Below are positions 35,208 to 48,985 of a stretch of 64,000 nt of DNA, one piece after another. Under the pieces are notes generated by a model. The model did not search any database, was not told the origin of the DNA, and worked only from the letters and a program-made list of their open reading frames with translations. The DNA comes from Lytechinus pictus (lineage: Eukaryota): the NCBI RefSeq assembly GCF_037042905.1, contig NC_087252.1, forward strand, positions 2,792,001 to 2,856,000, in the 5' to 3' direction. How positions within the stretch are numbered: the stretch's first letter is position 1; every line of letters begins with the position of its first letter. Position numbers and translations under genes: made by a program.

Positions 35208-36894
35208 ATATTTCTCACCCGGTAGGAAATACGAAAAATTCAAGATATTCCAAATTTTAAATATTAGAATACAAACCTATTACTGTTTGGTTACGTCATT
35301 GATTCCCTCATATCGACCGGGATGTACATACATTCTAATTGAAAAATTAAGCGAAACTCTTGTAAATGCCGTAGAATAGAAGGCCTACCTTTTTCATTTC
35401 TCATCCGATATTGATAAGATTTTCAATAATTACATGTACAGCTGCTACGAGTTCTTATAATTTCATTCAAAGCAACTCTTTGCTGCTAATTGTGTGGGTC
35501 TGACCCTTTAAAAATATAAGATAGGTTGCATAAAATCAGGCCATCTTTATTTGGTATCCATGCAGGCTGGACATATCCGATCATAAATACGACACCAAGT
35601 GATACTGCAGGCCAAATCACCTGCTTTACCCTGATATTGCGACTGCAATCCTCGCGAAATGATCCGATTCTAATCATGTGCTGTTAAAGCAGTACAATGG
35701 AAAGTGAAGAATCTGTGACGTCATCATCTTCCAAAGTGATATCACGTTTCATTCCATGAAAATGACCCCTACCTATATCTTAAAGAATCGTCAAAGCATG
35801 ATCAAAGGTAGTAAGTATAGTTCCATGATTTGAGTAATCATCCGACAACGAAGATATGACAGAAAATATCTCGAAGTCGATTGTGGATTGACCATAAACA
35901 GCGCCATCAACGGTCATTTTGCAGTTTTTTCTATCAATCACAGTTGGCCTTTCAACTCAATTAGAACAGATTTCCATATGTCGAAATTTCGGATCTTTCA
36001 CTTCTAAGCATCCCATTGACATACGTTTTAAAAGGTTTACCTTTAAACAGGCTAATAAAAAAGTTGTCGAAGCTCACAAATCAACCAGAAAATTATGACG
36101 TCACTAACAAAGCCAAGGATTTATATCAAAGATGTTATTTTTATTTCGATCAAAATTTTTGAATGAACGTCTCGCATATAGAATTGTCGATAATATTCAA
36201 AATGGCAATTAATGTCACAACACCAAGGGGTGCACTGTCTCATATTCTTAACATGAAGAAGAAAAAAATCGCAGACAAGTTTCGACAAACCTCCGAGTTC
36301 TAATCATACATTTACAATAAAAATATATTTGTATCCATGGTAACAAGATGATTAACGAGGAAAGGAACAGGGAAAATGAGTTGATATTTCAGTTCCAGGT
36401 ATAGGCCTACTGCTTCTCCACCATCGTCATGTCTTTCCTTCCTATACCCAATGCACAAACCATTAATCATCAACTAAATTGTGCCAATATCAAATCGATA
36501 ATTATCGATTTATCTAAAACTAAAAAATCAAGGCAATTTACCCACGTACTTATTGATCATGAAGCTAATCTCTATATCTTGATTGATCAATACAATAACT
36601 GTATACGAGGGAAATTACAATTTCAAACAAAATTATACTTCTCGAAAAGGCATGCCTTATCGGCGTTCTGAAAAGACGTTTGCCATGTTTGCAAACGCTG
36701 ATTCTGTCTTCGCAATGGAAAAATCAACACACCATTATGCAAAGCAAATAGATAAAAAGCTTTTTGACGGAGAAGGGTGACAGGGTCTACAAGGCACATA
36801 CCATAAACAAATGCATGGATATAATTTCATCGTTTTGATATTTGACAATTATTTTATCCCTCCTTATAAACGACCAGTGATATTTATGCCCGAT

Positions 36895-37300
36895 TTATTC
36901 ATTTTAGTTATTTATTTATTTTATTTTTTTTTTTTTAGTTATTCACTCATTCATTCACTCATTCATTTATTCACTCATTCACACACTCATTCATTCATTC
37001 GTTCGTTCGTTTCTTTACCTCTAAGAAATTCTATATCATTTATTAATTCATTTATATATTCAGGCCTATATTTCTTTATTCATTCATTTAGGTATTATTT
37101 TATTAATTCATTCATTAATGCATCTATTAATAAATAATTTATTCATTCATTTATTTCTTTGTTTATTTATTTATTTTTAAAATCTTTATTCATAACATTA
37201 CATATTCCTTGATTTTTATTTATTTCATTATTCAATCTATTTCATTTATCTATTCAAATGTATTCATACACTCATTCACTTATTCACCTATTTAATCGCT
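36895..37300. repeat. Low-complexity (TTCA)n/(TTTA)n tract
   Basis: Direct reading. Confidence 0.9.
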
Positions 37301-37800
37301 CAATTCCTTCTCCAAGATTGCGTCAGGGCAGCGGGTGGAGCGGTTTTGAAAGACCAGGGGGGGGGGGGGGGGCTCACCATGCAAACAAAAAATCCCAATC
37401 AGATGGTAATGTATTTGTGCACAGCTTTGAAAAAAAAAGGTGCACCTCGGGTTCCGTGGACCCAGTGTGTGACTATAGCGAGTCTCGCAATTCCAAAGGG
37501 GGCGGATTCTACAACGCAGTAAATCTATTGAAAATACCCGTCAATTCACAATGAACAGCTGAGAAGTCTTTGTCGAAAATTGGTGAACCGGGACAGCTGT
37601 CGTCGTAGGATTCTGAGCTGACGAAAAAATGCAAATGGTGTTTGTCCAGAGTCACGGACGACAATGCTGTTTTGATTCACCGATTTTCGACAAGGACTGT
37701 TTTATCATGAAGGACTTCTAGCAATAGAGTATATACGTTTCTGAAAGTGCCTGCTTAGTAGTTGCGAAAACTCTCGACTACTAGATCACGTCGCTTCTTG

Positions 37801-37969
37801 CACTGTAAAAAATGAAGTGCTAATTTAGCACTTACAGTGCTTGCCTATAGTGACTGCACTACGAGTGCTAATTTTTTAGTTCAAATTTAAACTAGAAAAT
37901 CAGCACTCGTAGTGCAGTCACTATACAAGCACTTTAAGTGCTAAATTAGCACGTCAATTTTTTACAGTG
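37801..37969. mobile_element. 169-bp fully palindromic CACTG..CAGTG MITE
   Basis: ~80-bp arms pair almost end to end. Flanks TG/TA (imperfect 2-bp TSD). Confidence 0.88.
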
Positions 37970-37979
37970 TACCATGGAC

Positions 37980-38182
37980 TAGTCTAGATCTGGACGTTAG
38001 TAGTTATTTCTTTGGAAAACCCTTCACCCAATCATTGGTTGGTATATACACCAATACACCAGTCCTTCTCTTTTCACCGTGTCTTGGGTGAATAGAGGAC
38101 TACATGTAGTGTATTGACCAATGTAATGAGTGAGTGTAGGGGTTTCCCAAAGAAATATCTACTAACGTCCGGATCTAGACTA
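37980..38182. mobile_element. MITE with TAG..CTA termini and 9-bp TSD (AcademH-like by termini/TSD)
   Basis: ~43-bp TIR TAGTCTAGATCTGGACGTTAGTAG.TATTTCTTTGG.AAACCC. Flanks ACCATGGAC (37971-37979) and ACCATGAAC (38183-38191). Confidence 0.85.
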
Positions 38183-38590
38183 ACCATGAACATACTCTCC
38201 ATGCTTATCAAAAGATAGAAGGAAATCCTGTCAACATGATACCATATATGTCACCCAATAGTATTTGAGCACCTGCTTATAAAGTATGTCAACGATCACC
38301 TCCAACCTGCTTGAAAACACGAACCAATACTGGCGCATGGTGGATAAACAACCCGCCCCAACGGTCATTATTCTCTCATGCACGAACTATCCAAGAAATT
38401 AAACTCTGAAATCCAGTTCTGCATGTAGAACATAGTATTTCAGCACACCTTCATAGCAGTGTTTAAACTATAGAAGAGGGGAAAACGAAGTGTTCCTGGG
38501 GGGAATATGGACAAAATGCCTTAAATATACGAGAAAATACGATTTATTTATTTCAAAACTCTTATATACGAATTCGAACTCCTTCTTTAA

Positions 38591-40044
38591 AGTTGAATTA
38601 AGAAGACGATTCCAAATATTGAGATATTTACATTAATAGCAACCTTACAACCCCCCAAACACTAATAGGTGATTCGACCCCCCATTTTCTTTTTTCAAAA
38701 TAGTGAATTTGAACGATTTATCCCTACCCATTTTCCCTGAGTTCGCTCCTGCAATGCCTACCGAGACGGGTGTTCTTTGAGTGTGACGTCACCGGGGGGT
38801 ATTCGGTCCCGGTGTAAGTAAACAAGGCAGTGCCGTTTTGTGTACTATGCACGTACTCCTTCAAATGGAATAACTGCAGTTGAAGTTGTATCTGCAAGCC
38901 ATAGAACTTGCAAAGAGGAAATGATTAAAATATTTGTGGCCGTACTATTATTCCAAATATGTGAATTCCCTCAGAATGATACCATAGACCCTAAAGGAAT
39001 AATTTCAAGGTGAATAATATGAAATTTGATCGAGATCTTCTCACCAGTCGATAACGTAGCAGACGTGTTATTATGACATATTTATCCGCGTGTGACGCGG
39101 CTCTTGCAAAAAAACACAGTTGGTTGCGGAATTGCTTTGTGCCGACCGGCCGCCCGCTCCGGCGCAGCTAGCTGTCGAGCTACCGTACCGTTCTTGTTGT
39201 CTTCAACCATAGAGATGTATACTAATTACTATATATCTTTCTGTCTTCAACTCACTTCCGAATTGCGTTTGTATGTGTGACGGTGACCCCTAGCGTAATT
39301 AAATATAGAAAACAACTCAGAAGGCCGAGAAAGAATACTATACGTTTGGTTCAAGATTGTTCTGTGAAATGAGCTATGAGTGGAAATGATCCAGAGGATA
39401 TAAAAGTGGAGTCAAAGACAAAAGAAAAGAAGAAAAAACGCCAGGGGATCGCTGCACGGCCATGAACTAAGTCGACATACCAGACCATAACAGTACACTC
39501 AATGCCTGGGTATTGTGTGTACTAGTATTATGCGTTCAGCGCGCGCTGAGCTAGCCGCCGGAATTACTTTCCAGCTACTCACTTGATTGAACATCGTGAT
39601 AAAATAAATGAGAAATAGTGAAAATATCATTCAATAACTCACTGTTTGCTATCTTACATCATGATTGAAGAGTTCATGGTGGTTATTCATACTGTTTTTT
39701 ATACAGGGAAAGTAAAGATTTGTACATATCAGTCCTATTTGTTTGATTTGAGTTGCTTTGAAAAAAAATTGTAAAATATCTTTCTCTCTCTGCATAGCAT
39801 TTCTGTATGACATTCAGGCACCTCTTATACTAAATTCCCCCCGGTGACGTCACACTCCGAGTGACTTTTCTGTACACTCGTCTCTCGGGCTCTGACAGGT
39901 GGCTAATTTCATAGACTTTCAAAGCAAAATATCGAGAAGGCAGAGGATTATTGTGACATGCTATGTGTTTGAACAACTTATATATACTATATATTGTATG
40001 TAGAACCTATATTTATGGAAACTCACCCCCTTCTTAATTCAACT
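38591..40044. mobile_element. 1454-bp Kolobok-like non-autonomous element
   Basis: TTAA|AGTTGAATTAAGAAG...CTTCTTAATTCAACT|TTAA (perfect 15-bp TIR). Internal perfect 21-bp inverted repeat at 38779-38799 and 39837-39857. Confidence 0.92.
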
Positions 40045-40480
40045 TTAAAGAAACTAATTATTTAGGTGCCCTTAATTTTCGATAAAATGTTGGTGCTCAA
40101 TCTTCAAATACTTTTAATGAGAGTGAAGAAGGGGCGTCCGCCCCCAACGGTTTTTTAAGTAGTGAAAACAAAGAAAAATGTCCTTTTATGTGTCGTGCAA
40201 TTCGTTCGAGATGAGGATGACGTAATAATATTGTTTAGTCTTCCTGTCATTGGTGGCGATCCCAGGGTAAGAACGGTCACGTGGGCGCCCCCCCCCCCCC
40301 CACCTAGGAGCTTATGGTAGAGGGTCGTCTCGTCCTTCCCCCGCCCCGATATGGACCAACAATCACCCTCTGCTCCTGCCCCTCTCTATCCTTGTACCGC
40401 GGCTGCCACCCCTACATGGGCCCTCCCCTAAGTCCACCACCAAACCTCACAAAATGCGTACCCTTAATGCAACTTATTAA

Positions 40481-40863
40481 AGGGATGGTCCGGGCTGAAA
40501 ATATTTATAGTTTAATACATAGAGTAGAATTCACTGAGCAAAATGCCGAAAATTTCATCAAAATCGGATAACAAATAATAAAGTTATTGAAGTTTTAAAG
40601 TTAAGCAATATTTTGTGAAAACAGTCGTCATGAATATTCATTAGGTGGGCTGATGATGTCACATCCCCACTTTCCGTTTTCTTATGTTATTACATAAAAT
40701 CATATTTTTTTCATTATTTCATACTTGTGTGAACAATATGTCTCCCTTATAATGGAATAAGTTGCAGCAATAAATATCTAATGCACTAAATCAGTTGTCA
40801 ATCCAATGTTTCTTGTTCTTGGAGGAAAAAATTGAATAAACATAATTTCATATAATAATCCCT
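40481..40863. mobile_element. Internally deleted Kolobok-like MITE
   Basis: TTAA|AGGGATGGTCCGGGCTGAAA...ATCCCT|TTAA. Confidence 0.8.
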
Positions 40864-42292
40864 TTAACACATACAAGTTGACGAAAAGGGCAGATAATAA
40901 GACATATAGAGCAAACATATTTACCCATCACTATAATTTGTTTTTATGTATTTATTTTGCCAGCAGACAGGTTAACATCAAAATAGATTATGACCATTCT
41001 ACATAAACTGAATAGAAGGTTCGATCGAGGTCTCCATAATGTAGGCTTACACTGTTGGATGAAACAGAGAATGCCTGCACTCTGCACACTGAATAGCGAG
41101 AACGAATGTGACAGCTATTCAGTCAGCCGATCTTATTCTTTCATTTCAGGGGGCCCTAAATAAGTAATACAAATGAACAAACGAGCCATTATGAAACAGA
41201 AATACAAATATTTAAAAAGCAATTCACAAACAGAATAGGCAGGGATGCGATGGGTGGAAAGGAGGGGGCAGAACACACTGCGTATAGCGAGCTTTCAAAG
41301 GAAAATGCACATATCAAGTGTCTGCTATCCCTTTATCATTGAGCTATTACCTAGCTATGATCACCCTGTTTATCTTTCGGTTGTAAAGCTACTTTGCAAA
41401 CCTATACACTTTCCCTGATCTGTTCACCGGTAAAATAATCGCGCATACAAGTAGGCCTATAAGCCCCACTCTGTGACAATGATATCCGACAAGAGACTAG
41501 ATAAATATTTACAATCGAAAAGAAAAAAACCGAGGCTGGCACCTTGCTATAGTGGTTTGAACACCATTGCAACGCACTCTGATATTGAAACCTGCACGTT
41601 ATAAGAATAAAATTTAAAACATATATTTACATTTTCCCACATGATTGATAATGCATAGTGTACAGTTAGCGACCATTTGCTATATCACGTCGGAAATCCC
41701 CGAGGATTATTCTTTAAAACCAATATCTTACTACAAATCGAAATAAAACGTTATAATAAAAAACCTCTGTGTAGAGGACCGTGCCCTTACCCCTCAGCAG
41801 ATAAAAAAAAATCAATGACCGAGAAAAAAAACACTTCTTTTGAGACCGTTTGCTGTTCAATGATAGGGGAAAGAAAAGAAAACAATAACATTGCGTAACG
41901 TTGAGAGTTGTTATAGCCGTTATGCAATTATTTCGCAAAATGATCAATAACGCTTACAAGGGATTAAGCCTTTTCTTCTATAAGCCTATTATAATTAACT
42001 ACATCATAGCCTCGAGTTGAGCAAAGTGACGGCCAAGGACTGTTGAGGGGGAGAGAAGGGGGCGGAGGAGAGGTAAGGTGCGGCATGGCGGATGGGTAAG
42101 GGATATGCGACATAGAAATTAGAAATAAGAAAGCTAATTTCGATGGCAAGACAAGGGAAGATATCAGATAGGGAAGTAGAACATGTAGTATTTTCTCTAT
42201 ACAAGAACAAGATATTATACGCAAAATTGCTAACTGTTTTTTAGCGGAGGGGGTAACAATTCCGGTCATCCAAGACAAAATCTATAGTATTG

Positions 42293-42545
42293 TAGAAGTG
42301 TTGTGGCTCAGCATGCTCAGTGGATAAGCCTCCGGACTTAGAACCATTGCCCACCGCAGCAAGGCGTTTATCTACATTTGCCACTCTTCACCCAGGTGTA
42401 GTAAATGGGTATCCGGTAGGAAGGAAATCCATGAATGCTCGAGCGCCCAATCAGGTTAGCCATGCTAAAGACAGTGTAATAGTATGCATCGCTTACAAAC
42501 ATTTGTATTAAGCGCTATATGCATGTTGCGTATTATTTTATTATT
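42293..42545 (+). mobile_element. Degraded tRNA-derived SINE
   Basis: Shares the GCAAGGCGT..ATTTGCCACTCT.CACCCAGGTG..TAAATGGGTA.CCGGTAG core and the TATT tail with 58791-59109. Confidence 0.8.
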
Positions 42546-43440
42546 GTCGCGATATGTCATAATTTGGCAGGAAATGGCAAACACAAGCTCTTTTTTCATT
42601 AGACATATTAAAAGCATAATCCATCCTCGGTCAAGTCACCATTGATGACATTCAATGTTATAATATAAACAAACTCCATGTTTACAAAAAAAAAAAACCC
42701 GAAATGTCCCATTCCCATCTCTCCTGATTTTCAAACCTATATTGCTCCGCCAAAAAGTCCGTATATTGTCCAAATATTTTCATTTTTTGTAAATAACATA
42801 CCCATAATCTGTGGCTGTGAAGTATTGTTAATACCCTCGCACATCACATATTGTATATAAGCTGTCAAAATCCCTCCACACCAAGAGGAGTCGGACGTGC
42901 TTACCTATTCTAGGAGTCAGAGATATCTTTATTCTTTCCGTTCTAACAATGTTCCGATTACGTAATAAATGAACACCCTGCATACGTCATTACACATTTA
43001 AATACACATCAATACAATGAATGAATTTATACAGTGATGGAGCTACCGTACAAAGGTGATAAACTGTCAACTCATCTGAGCTCTTTTCTGTTTCGGAAAG
43101 TTTGCACTTTGTTGAATCGCCCCGTTTGTAAGAGCCAGAGGCTATAGAAGAAAGGCGCAATAGTCATGTAGTCTGCATAAACAGACTCATATTTGACATT
43201 TTAAGCAATAACAGGTTTGGAGTAAAGACTAGACGCCAAAGGCCCTCTCTGAAGAGCCAGCCACAGTATTTTTTATAGTGAATCTAGACTCACTTCAGAC
43301 TCTGCATTGTAGGCCAACACTATCATGACTATGCGAATTGCGAAAACCAAAGGACTGAGCATGTAGAATAATACACACTATGCGCTACATGAGAGGGGAA
43401 AACCCCGATTTAAGTGAATCCATGGACAAACCGACGAAGT

Positions 43441-43472
<32 letters not shown>

Positions 43473-44474
43473 GTCAGAAATGAGAATGCCGATGTGAAAT
43501 CCTACAATAGACGTTATCATAACCAGGGATAAGTTATTAAGTTGATGAGCTGATAATTATATCCGCATACATTTTCTTGTAGGCCATATTTTATTACATG
43601 GAAATAAATGTCATCAAAGAATGGAAACGGAACAGAATTGAATACCGATCTGATGTTAAACAACAATTGTTCAACTAATTATGTTACTAGGGAAATACCA
43701 TACACATAATGTATATATTATACCGTATACCAATAATTTGGCCCAAAATACAGCACTCAATATATTCAAACATGACTCTAATTTACAACCTTTCAATACC
43801 CACTTCTGTTAGAGAACAAAAAGAACTGGTCCTCAAATCTGCCCTTTAATCCCCAAAACTTCTCATGGCTTCAATCCTGTTATTGCAAAACGATGCTTAG
43901 ATGTTAGAACTGGGACATTGTTGCATGCTCAGCTAAGCTCCGGCAATTTTTGCACTTTATCATCAACTATCATTAAACAAACTCAAATCACGATTACCAT
44001 TAAAATGATGAATTAATAAGACATGCCTTGCATTTGCACAGCTAGGTAATCAGCTACATTGAATAGTTAAAGCATGGACCTATATTACAATAGGTCCATG
44101 GTTAAAGCATGGACCTATTACAAGGTTAAATCATAAAGCTATTAGTAGCTCCATGGTTAAAGGGACTAATGCGATCAATACGTATACGGCACAGAGGATT
44201 TTCATAGTAGCGGCGGCATAACGGGTGGTAAAAGGGCGACTGCCCCTGTACTAACTTTAGCGGAGAGTAATTGGGAAATAAAAGGTGGAAAGTTTAGAGC
44301 AGACTTTCAAAAAGAGAGGTACGAATGATGTGCCTGACTGCCTGTAATAAGTCAAAAATATCAAATTCTTCAATTGTAAAAACTGACGTCACTTCAAATT
44401 TGCCTTGATCCAAATCCCCCCTCTTCCAACCGATCAATATACCCTTGCGTCACCCCAGCATTCTACGTTTCTAA

Positions 44475-45826
44475 GACCCCTGTTACATCTGATACCCCTT
44501 TCATATTGCGCCTTTCACCGGCGAACTTCACCGGCGAAGTTCGCCAGCGAAGGGGAAAGTGTCCAGTATGAAAGGTACACAGGAGAACTTCACCGGTGAA
44601 GTTCGCCGGTGAACTTCTCCACCTCTAGAGGTGGAGAACTTCGCCGGCGAAACTGTTTCACCGGTGAAGTTCGCCGGTGAAAAGGCCAGTATGAAAGCAA
44701 ACCGGAGAACTTCTCCTCTTTAATGACGTCAGAGGTCAATTTTTTTCTCTCCCAAAGTCCCCTGCACCGAGATTCCGCGCGCGATAGTTGCAAGCTCAGC
44801 TGAATGCTATGGCCAAGTAGATACCCTCGAACATTTTTTTTTTTTTTTACTAACAATATTTATTAAAAAGCACTTTTTACATGTATAAAATGCGCTAAGA
44901 TATAAAAACAAGGTGATATTGTTTGTTTTTATCGTAATACTTCCAAAATATGTTGTAATTAATTTGTTTGATACCTTTTTGTAATAGGTTAGAAGTAATG
45001 TTTACAATTTTCTTTCGTTTGTTCTGCAATCGCCGTTGACTTTCGCCGGGGAAGAAATGTCAGTGCGAAAGGGTACATTTTTTTCTTCGCCGGGGAAGTG
45101 AGGAATGCGAGGCGGAGAAGTTCGCCGGCGAAGTTCGCCGGTGAAAAATGAAGAAAGGGGTATGAGAGATTCCCTACCTCGGGCCGGCCCGGGGCCTACC
45201 TCGGGTCGGAAAGAAATCAGATGTAAACATCCCAAACCTACCTCGGGCCACCTTTTAGCGAACCTACCCGAGACCACATCAAGAGGTAGTCTCGGGTAGG
45301 TATCGGGCCGGCCCCGGTCCACCGATTCGTAGATGTAAACGCACACAAGCTTTCAAACCTATCTCGGTCCGTTCGCCAGCTGTCAAATTACGTCATAGCG
45401 CGCGCTATCCCCTCCCCAGCCCCGTCGTTCTTCGAATGTTTTGCGGCTTTTGACATGTGAATTGTGATTGATAAAGTCTTTGATTTTAGTGGAAAGAAGG
45501 AAGCACTTTAAACGTATTCTTTTCAAATCGATCATATCTTCAACGACTGCTGGGATCATCAGCATGCTTCCAGAATAACGAAATGTAAACAACTTCAATT
45601 AGCGCGCGCAAATTATTCAGAGCCTAGATCGAGAGTGCCCTTTGGTGTCAGCAATCGGATACCGCTCGAAACCGTACCGATAGGGGAGGGAATGAACGCT
45701 GTGATGTAAACAGACCACATTTCGGACTCGGTCCGTTCGCGAAGCTAATCCACCAATAATCCAGTCAAGGTTGCAAGTGGACTCGGTCGGGTCTCGGGTA
45801 GGAAACTTTCAGATGTAACAGGGGCC
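44475..45826. mobile_element. PIF/Harbinger-like MITE whose left TIR is split by a second MITE
   Basis: Left GACCCCTGTTACATCTGA+GAGATTCCCTACC; right revcomp GGCCCCTGTTACATCTGAAAGTTTCCTACC. Flanks TAA/CAA. Confidence 0.82.
44493..45162. mobile_element. 670-bp PIF/Harbinger-like MITE, TGA TSD
   Basis: TGA|TACCCCTTTC...GAAAGGGGTA|TGA. Many subterminal TTCRCCGGYGAA palindromes. Confidence 0.9.
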
Positions 45827-48116
45827 CAAGTCACGCTCCTCAGTCTGTGTTAACCTGTATTAATTTCTAGCTTTTTCTAATTGTGCTATCCTTGCGAGTG
45901 TTCTTATTGCCAATTAGCGCGGTTCTTTGTGCTGATTATACCTGTATTGTCACCATCTGTCTTTTCTTGGCGGTTTACTTCAAGAGGGTGCAAATTGGTT
46001 GGTTCTCCTTGACCTGAATATCATGTAGGCCTACCTGTATGTATGCTACTTATTATCGTTAACGCGGCACCTACTACAGAGGATTCGCTCGCGACTCATG
46101 CTAATATATAAAAAGTAACAACTAACGGTCGTTTCCGGTGATGAAGGTTTGATTTTTTTCTCCTAATTTCTAAGAAATCAAGCAAGGAACCATGGAACAG
46201 AAATTTCAACATCCTCTCCGATGGACGTGACTAATTAATACTGCATCACCAGAGACCCGACGTCCCCGTGCATAAAATGGAACAAATTTCATCAACCTGA
46301 CGCCATTTCATAGTTACCTAAAAGTTGACTCCGATAACTGATTTTGGAAGAACACATTTGATGGTATATGCACTCTCATAAGTTTTTAACCAACCCATAA
46401 GTTTGTTTGAATATGACCCGACCTAAAAAAAACAACATGCAAAATGGATTGGATCTATTTTAACCAATTACAGTTGGTCGGTCCATGTTTTAACCAACTT
46501 TTGGGTTGGTTAAGATACATGAGAATAAACGGGGTTTCCCTTTAAAATGCCTACTTGAATGATCACGGAAGCCATAACTGAGAATTATTAACATAACGAG
46601 TTTGTTGGCTGCACAGTGATTGTTAATTATAACCACATGGTTAATTTGCTCTATTAGACATTCAAGGGAGATTGGTGCCCTCAGAATGTCAATTAAAGTT
46701 ACGTAATCTGTGACAGCCGGCTTCTCTAAGCATTGAGTGTATGTTTTAAAGCAGGGATTAAGAAGTTTGATAAAACATATAGGCTTAGGAACATTTTCGC
46801 TCTTGTGCCACGATTCAAACGGCGGATTTTATCGTGGAGTAATCGTAGTTGGTCGTATCAGAATCAGATCGTAACATACCAGTTGTAGCAATCATAATGT
46901 ATTGATCGTATAAAATTTGTGAATGGTTCAAACATTTTCGCGATCAGTTACGAAAGTCCAATCGTGGCTTTCGTGTAAAAGTATCACACGACAGAGGGAA
47001 CGAGGATGGCAGGGCCTAATCCATATAGTCGAGAAAAAAAACTTTGTATCATTTTTAAGAAAAGGTCCATGTAAAAACAGTAGTTGTGATTCCTGGACCC
47101 GTTACAGAAAGACATGATACAGTCAAACATAACTTCAAAAATCAAACTCAAGTTGCTTTTCAACCAACCAATAGTGTGTGACTTGCACATGTGTTTGATT
47201 TTTGTTGAGTTAAGTTTAAACACAACTCTTTCTGCAAAAGACCATAGGAAGTTTCTGAGCCGACACCATGCATGAACCATTTCCTCTATTACATAATCTA
47301 TCTTTCAATAGATAGTGATTGGCCTTTGAATATAATGCAGAAATGCACACAGAATATAAATTATAATCTGAAATCAGTCCATCCCATTAAGAAGTAGTAA
47401 AAGTAGAGATGTCTGGATATTTCACCCACAATATCCTAGGATAGCATACGCAGTAACGAACGTAAGCTAGGCATGTAAAAGTGGAACTTACCAAAACTAA
47501 AGACTATAATAAAGAGAGGCTTAATTTCAAATCCAACATGACCATTTATCATTCATTGTCATCATGAATGTTGCGTTATTTTTTTTCAGCGTCATGCTAA
47601 TTTGATTGTGTTCCTATCTCTTTTTCTTGAGATTATATATTTGTTATGTTGAACTTCCCCACAAGGAAAGTCCAAGATAGAGAACATGTTAGTATCCATA
47701 CTCATGTCATTCTTTTTCAAAACGGAACTGTGGTAATAAAAAAGGAATGTGTTATGAAACGGGATTTCCCTCGAAAATTAAAATCGTTGATATGTAAAAT
47801 AAAGCAATAATTTCCTGTACAATTTTACCCTCATGATATTTCCTGGGACTTGAATGACCTACATAGTTTTTCCACCCGTCAAAATAACCCGCATATAAAT
47901 TAAAATCAAACAGAATTGAAACAATATCCGTTTAAACATTTCGAACGATGCTTTCCTCGTATCATCATATTTAACAAGGCATTGTGTCATGTTGTCTACA
48001 ATTTTATGCCTTTGTCCTTGCTCAGTCGGGGAAAATGAAAACAATTAATATGAAGAACTTATCCCCTTTCAATGTTGTGTCATCGAGTTTTACCATTCGC
48101 TATATTTTCATCACCA

Positions 48117-48389
48117 GGGCCCGTCTTACCAAGAGTTACGATTGATCCAATCAATCGTAACTCTATGGAAATCCATCAGTGTCATAATTTTTTGTGTACA
48201 GGAAATTTGCAAAATGTCCTTTGTAAACAAAGAACACACCAAATTGTCAATAAATCAATGAATTCATGGATATACATCATTCATATCCAGAGAATCGTTT
48301 GAACATACATGCATTTTGTATGTTGACTTTGCTAGCTTTCCATAGTTGCGATTGATCGGATCAATCGCAACTTTTTGTAAGACGGGCCC
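48117..48389. mobile_element. PIF/Harbinger-like MITE
   Basis: TIR GGGCCCGTCTTAC.A..AGTT.CGATTGATCC.ATCAATCG, with CAG at both flanks. Half-copy at ~2045-2158. Confidence 0.85.
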
Positions 48390-48402
48390 CAGGTTTACAT
48401 GT

Positions 48403-48508
48403 ATAGGCCTACATCTCTTTCTGCCATGTGGACGGAATCGTAACACTAGTGATAACTGAATAGGCCTACATCTCTTTCTGCCATGTGGACGGAATCGTAA
48501 CACTAGTG
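48403..48508. repeat. Two-copy ~57-bp tandem duplication
   Basis: ATAGGCCTACATCTCTTTCTGCCATGTGGACGGAATCGTAACACTAGTG occurs twice. Confidence 0.95.
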
Positions 48509-48839
48509 GAACCGGCGAAGGGACATACAGAACATATTTTTATCTCGTAAAATTACCTCACTAATATCTAATTTTAATAACATAATTTTCTAATTAAAAT
48601 GACATATAATATGTCGTTTTAATGACACATTATCTAAAAACAGAAATGACTGAATATCTCGTTTTGATGATATAGGCAAATATTATGTAACTTTAATGAG
48701 AATCACTCTGATTTCCGTATTATTGAAAGTCAATCTAGATTGTGGTCAGGTATACCAATCCCAGATTCAATCGATAAAGATTAAATATATGAGATTGAGA
48801 ACTTCAATCTAACTGTTGGATTGGTCCCTGATCGCAATC

Positions 48840-48985
48840 TATTTCAATCTTAGGAATTTACAAGTAGATGCTTTCATCATAGTTATATTTCAATCTTAAT
48901 ATAGAAATTTACAAGTAGATGCTTTCATCATAGTTATATTTCAATCTTATAGGAATTTACAAGATGCTTTCATCACATAGTTACA
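48840..48985. repeat. ~48-bp tandem repeat, 3 units
   Basis: TATTTCAATCTTA..GGAATTTACAAGTAGATGCTTTCATCATAGTTA x3. Confidence 0.92.
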
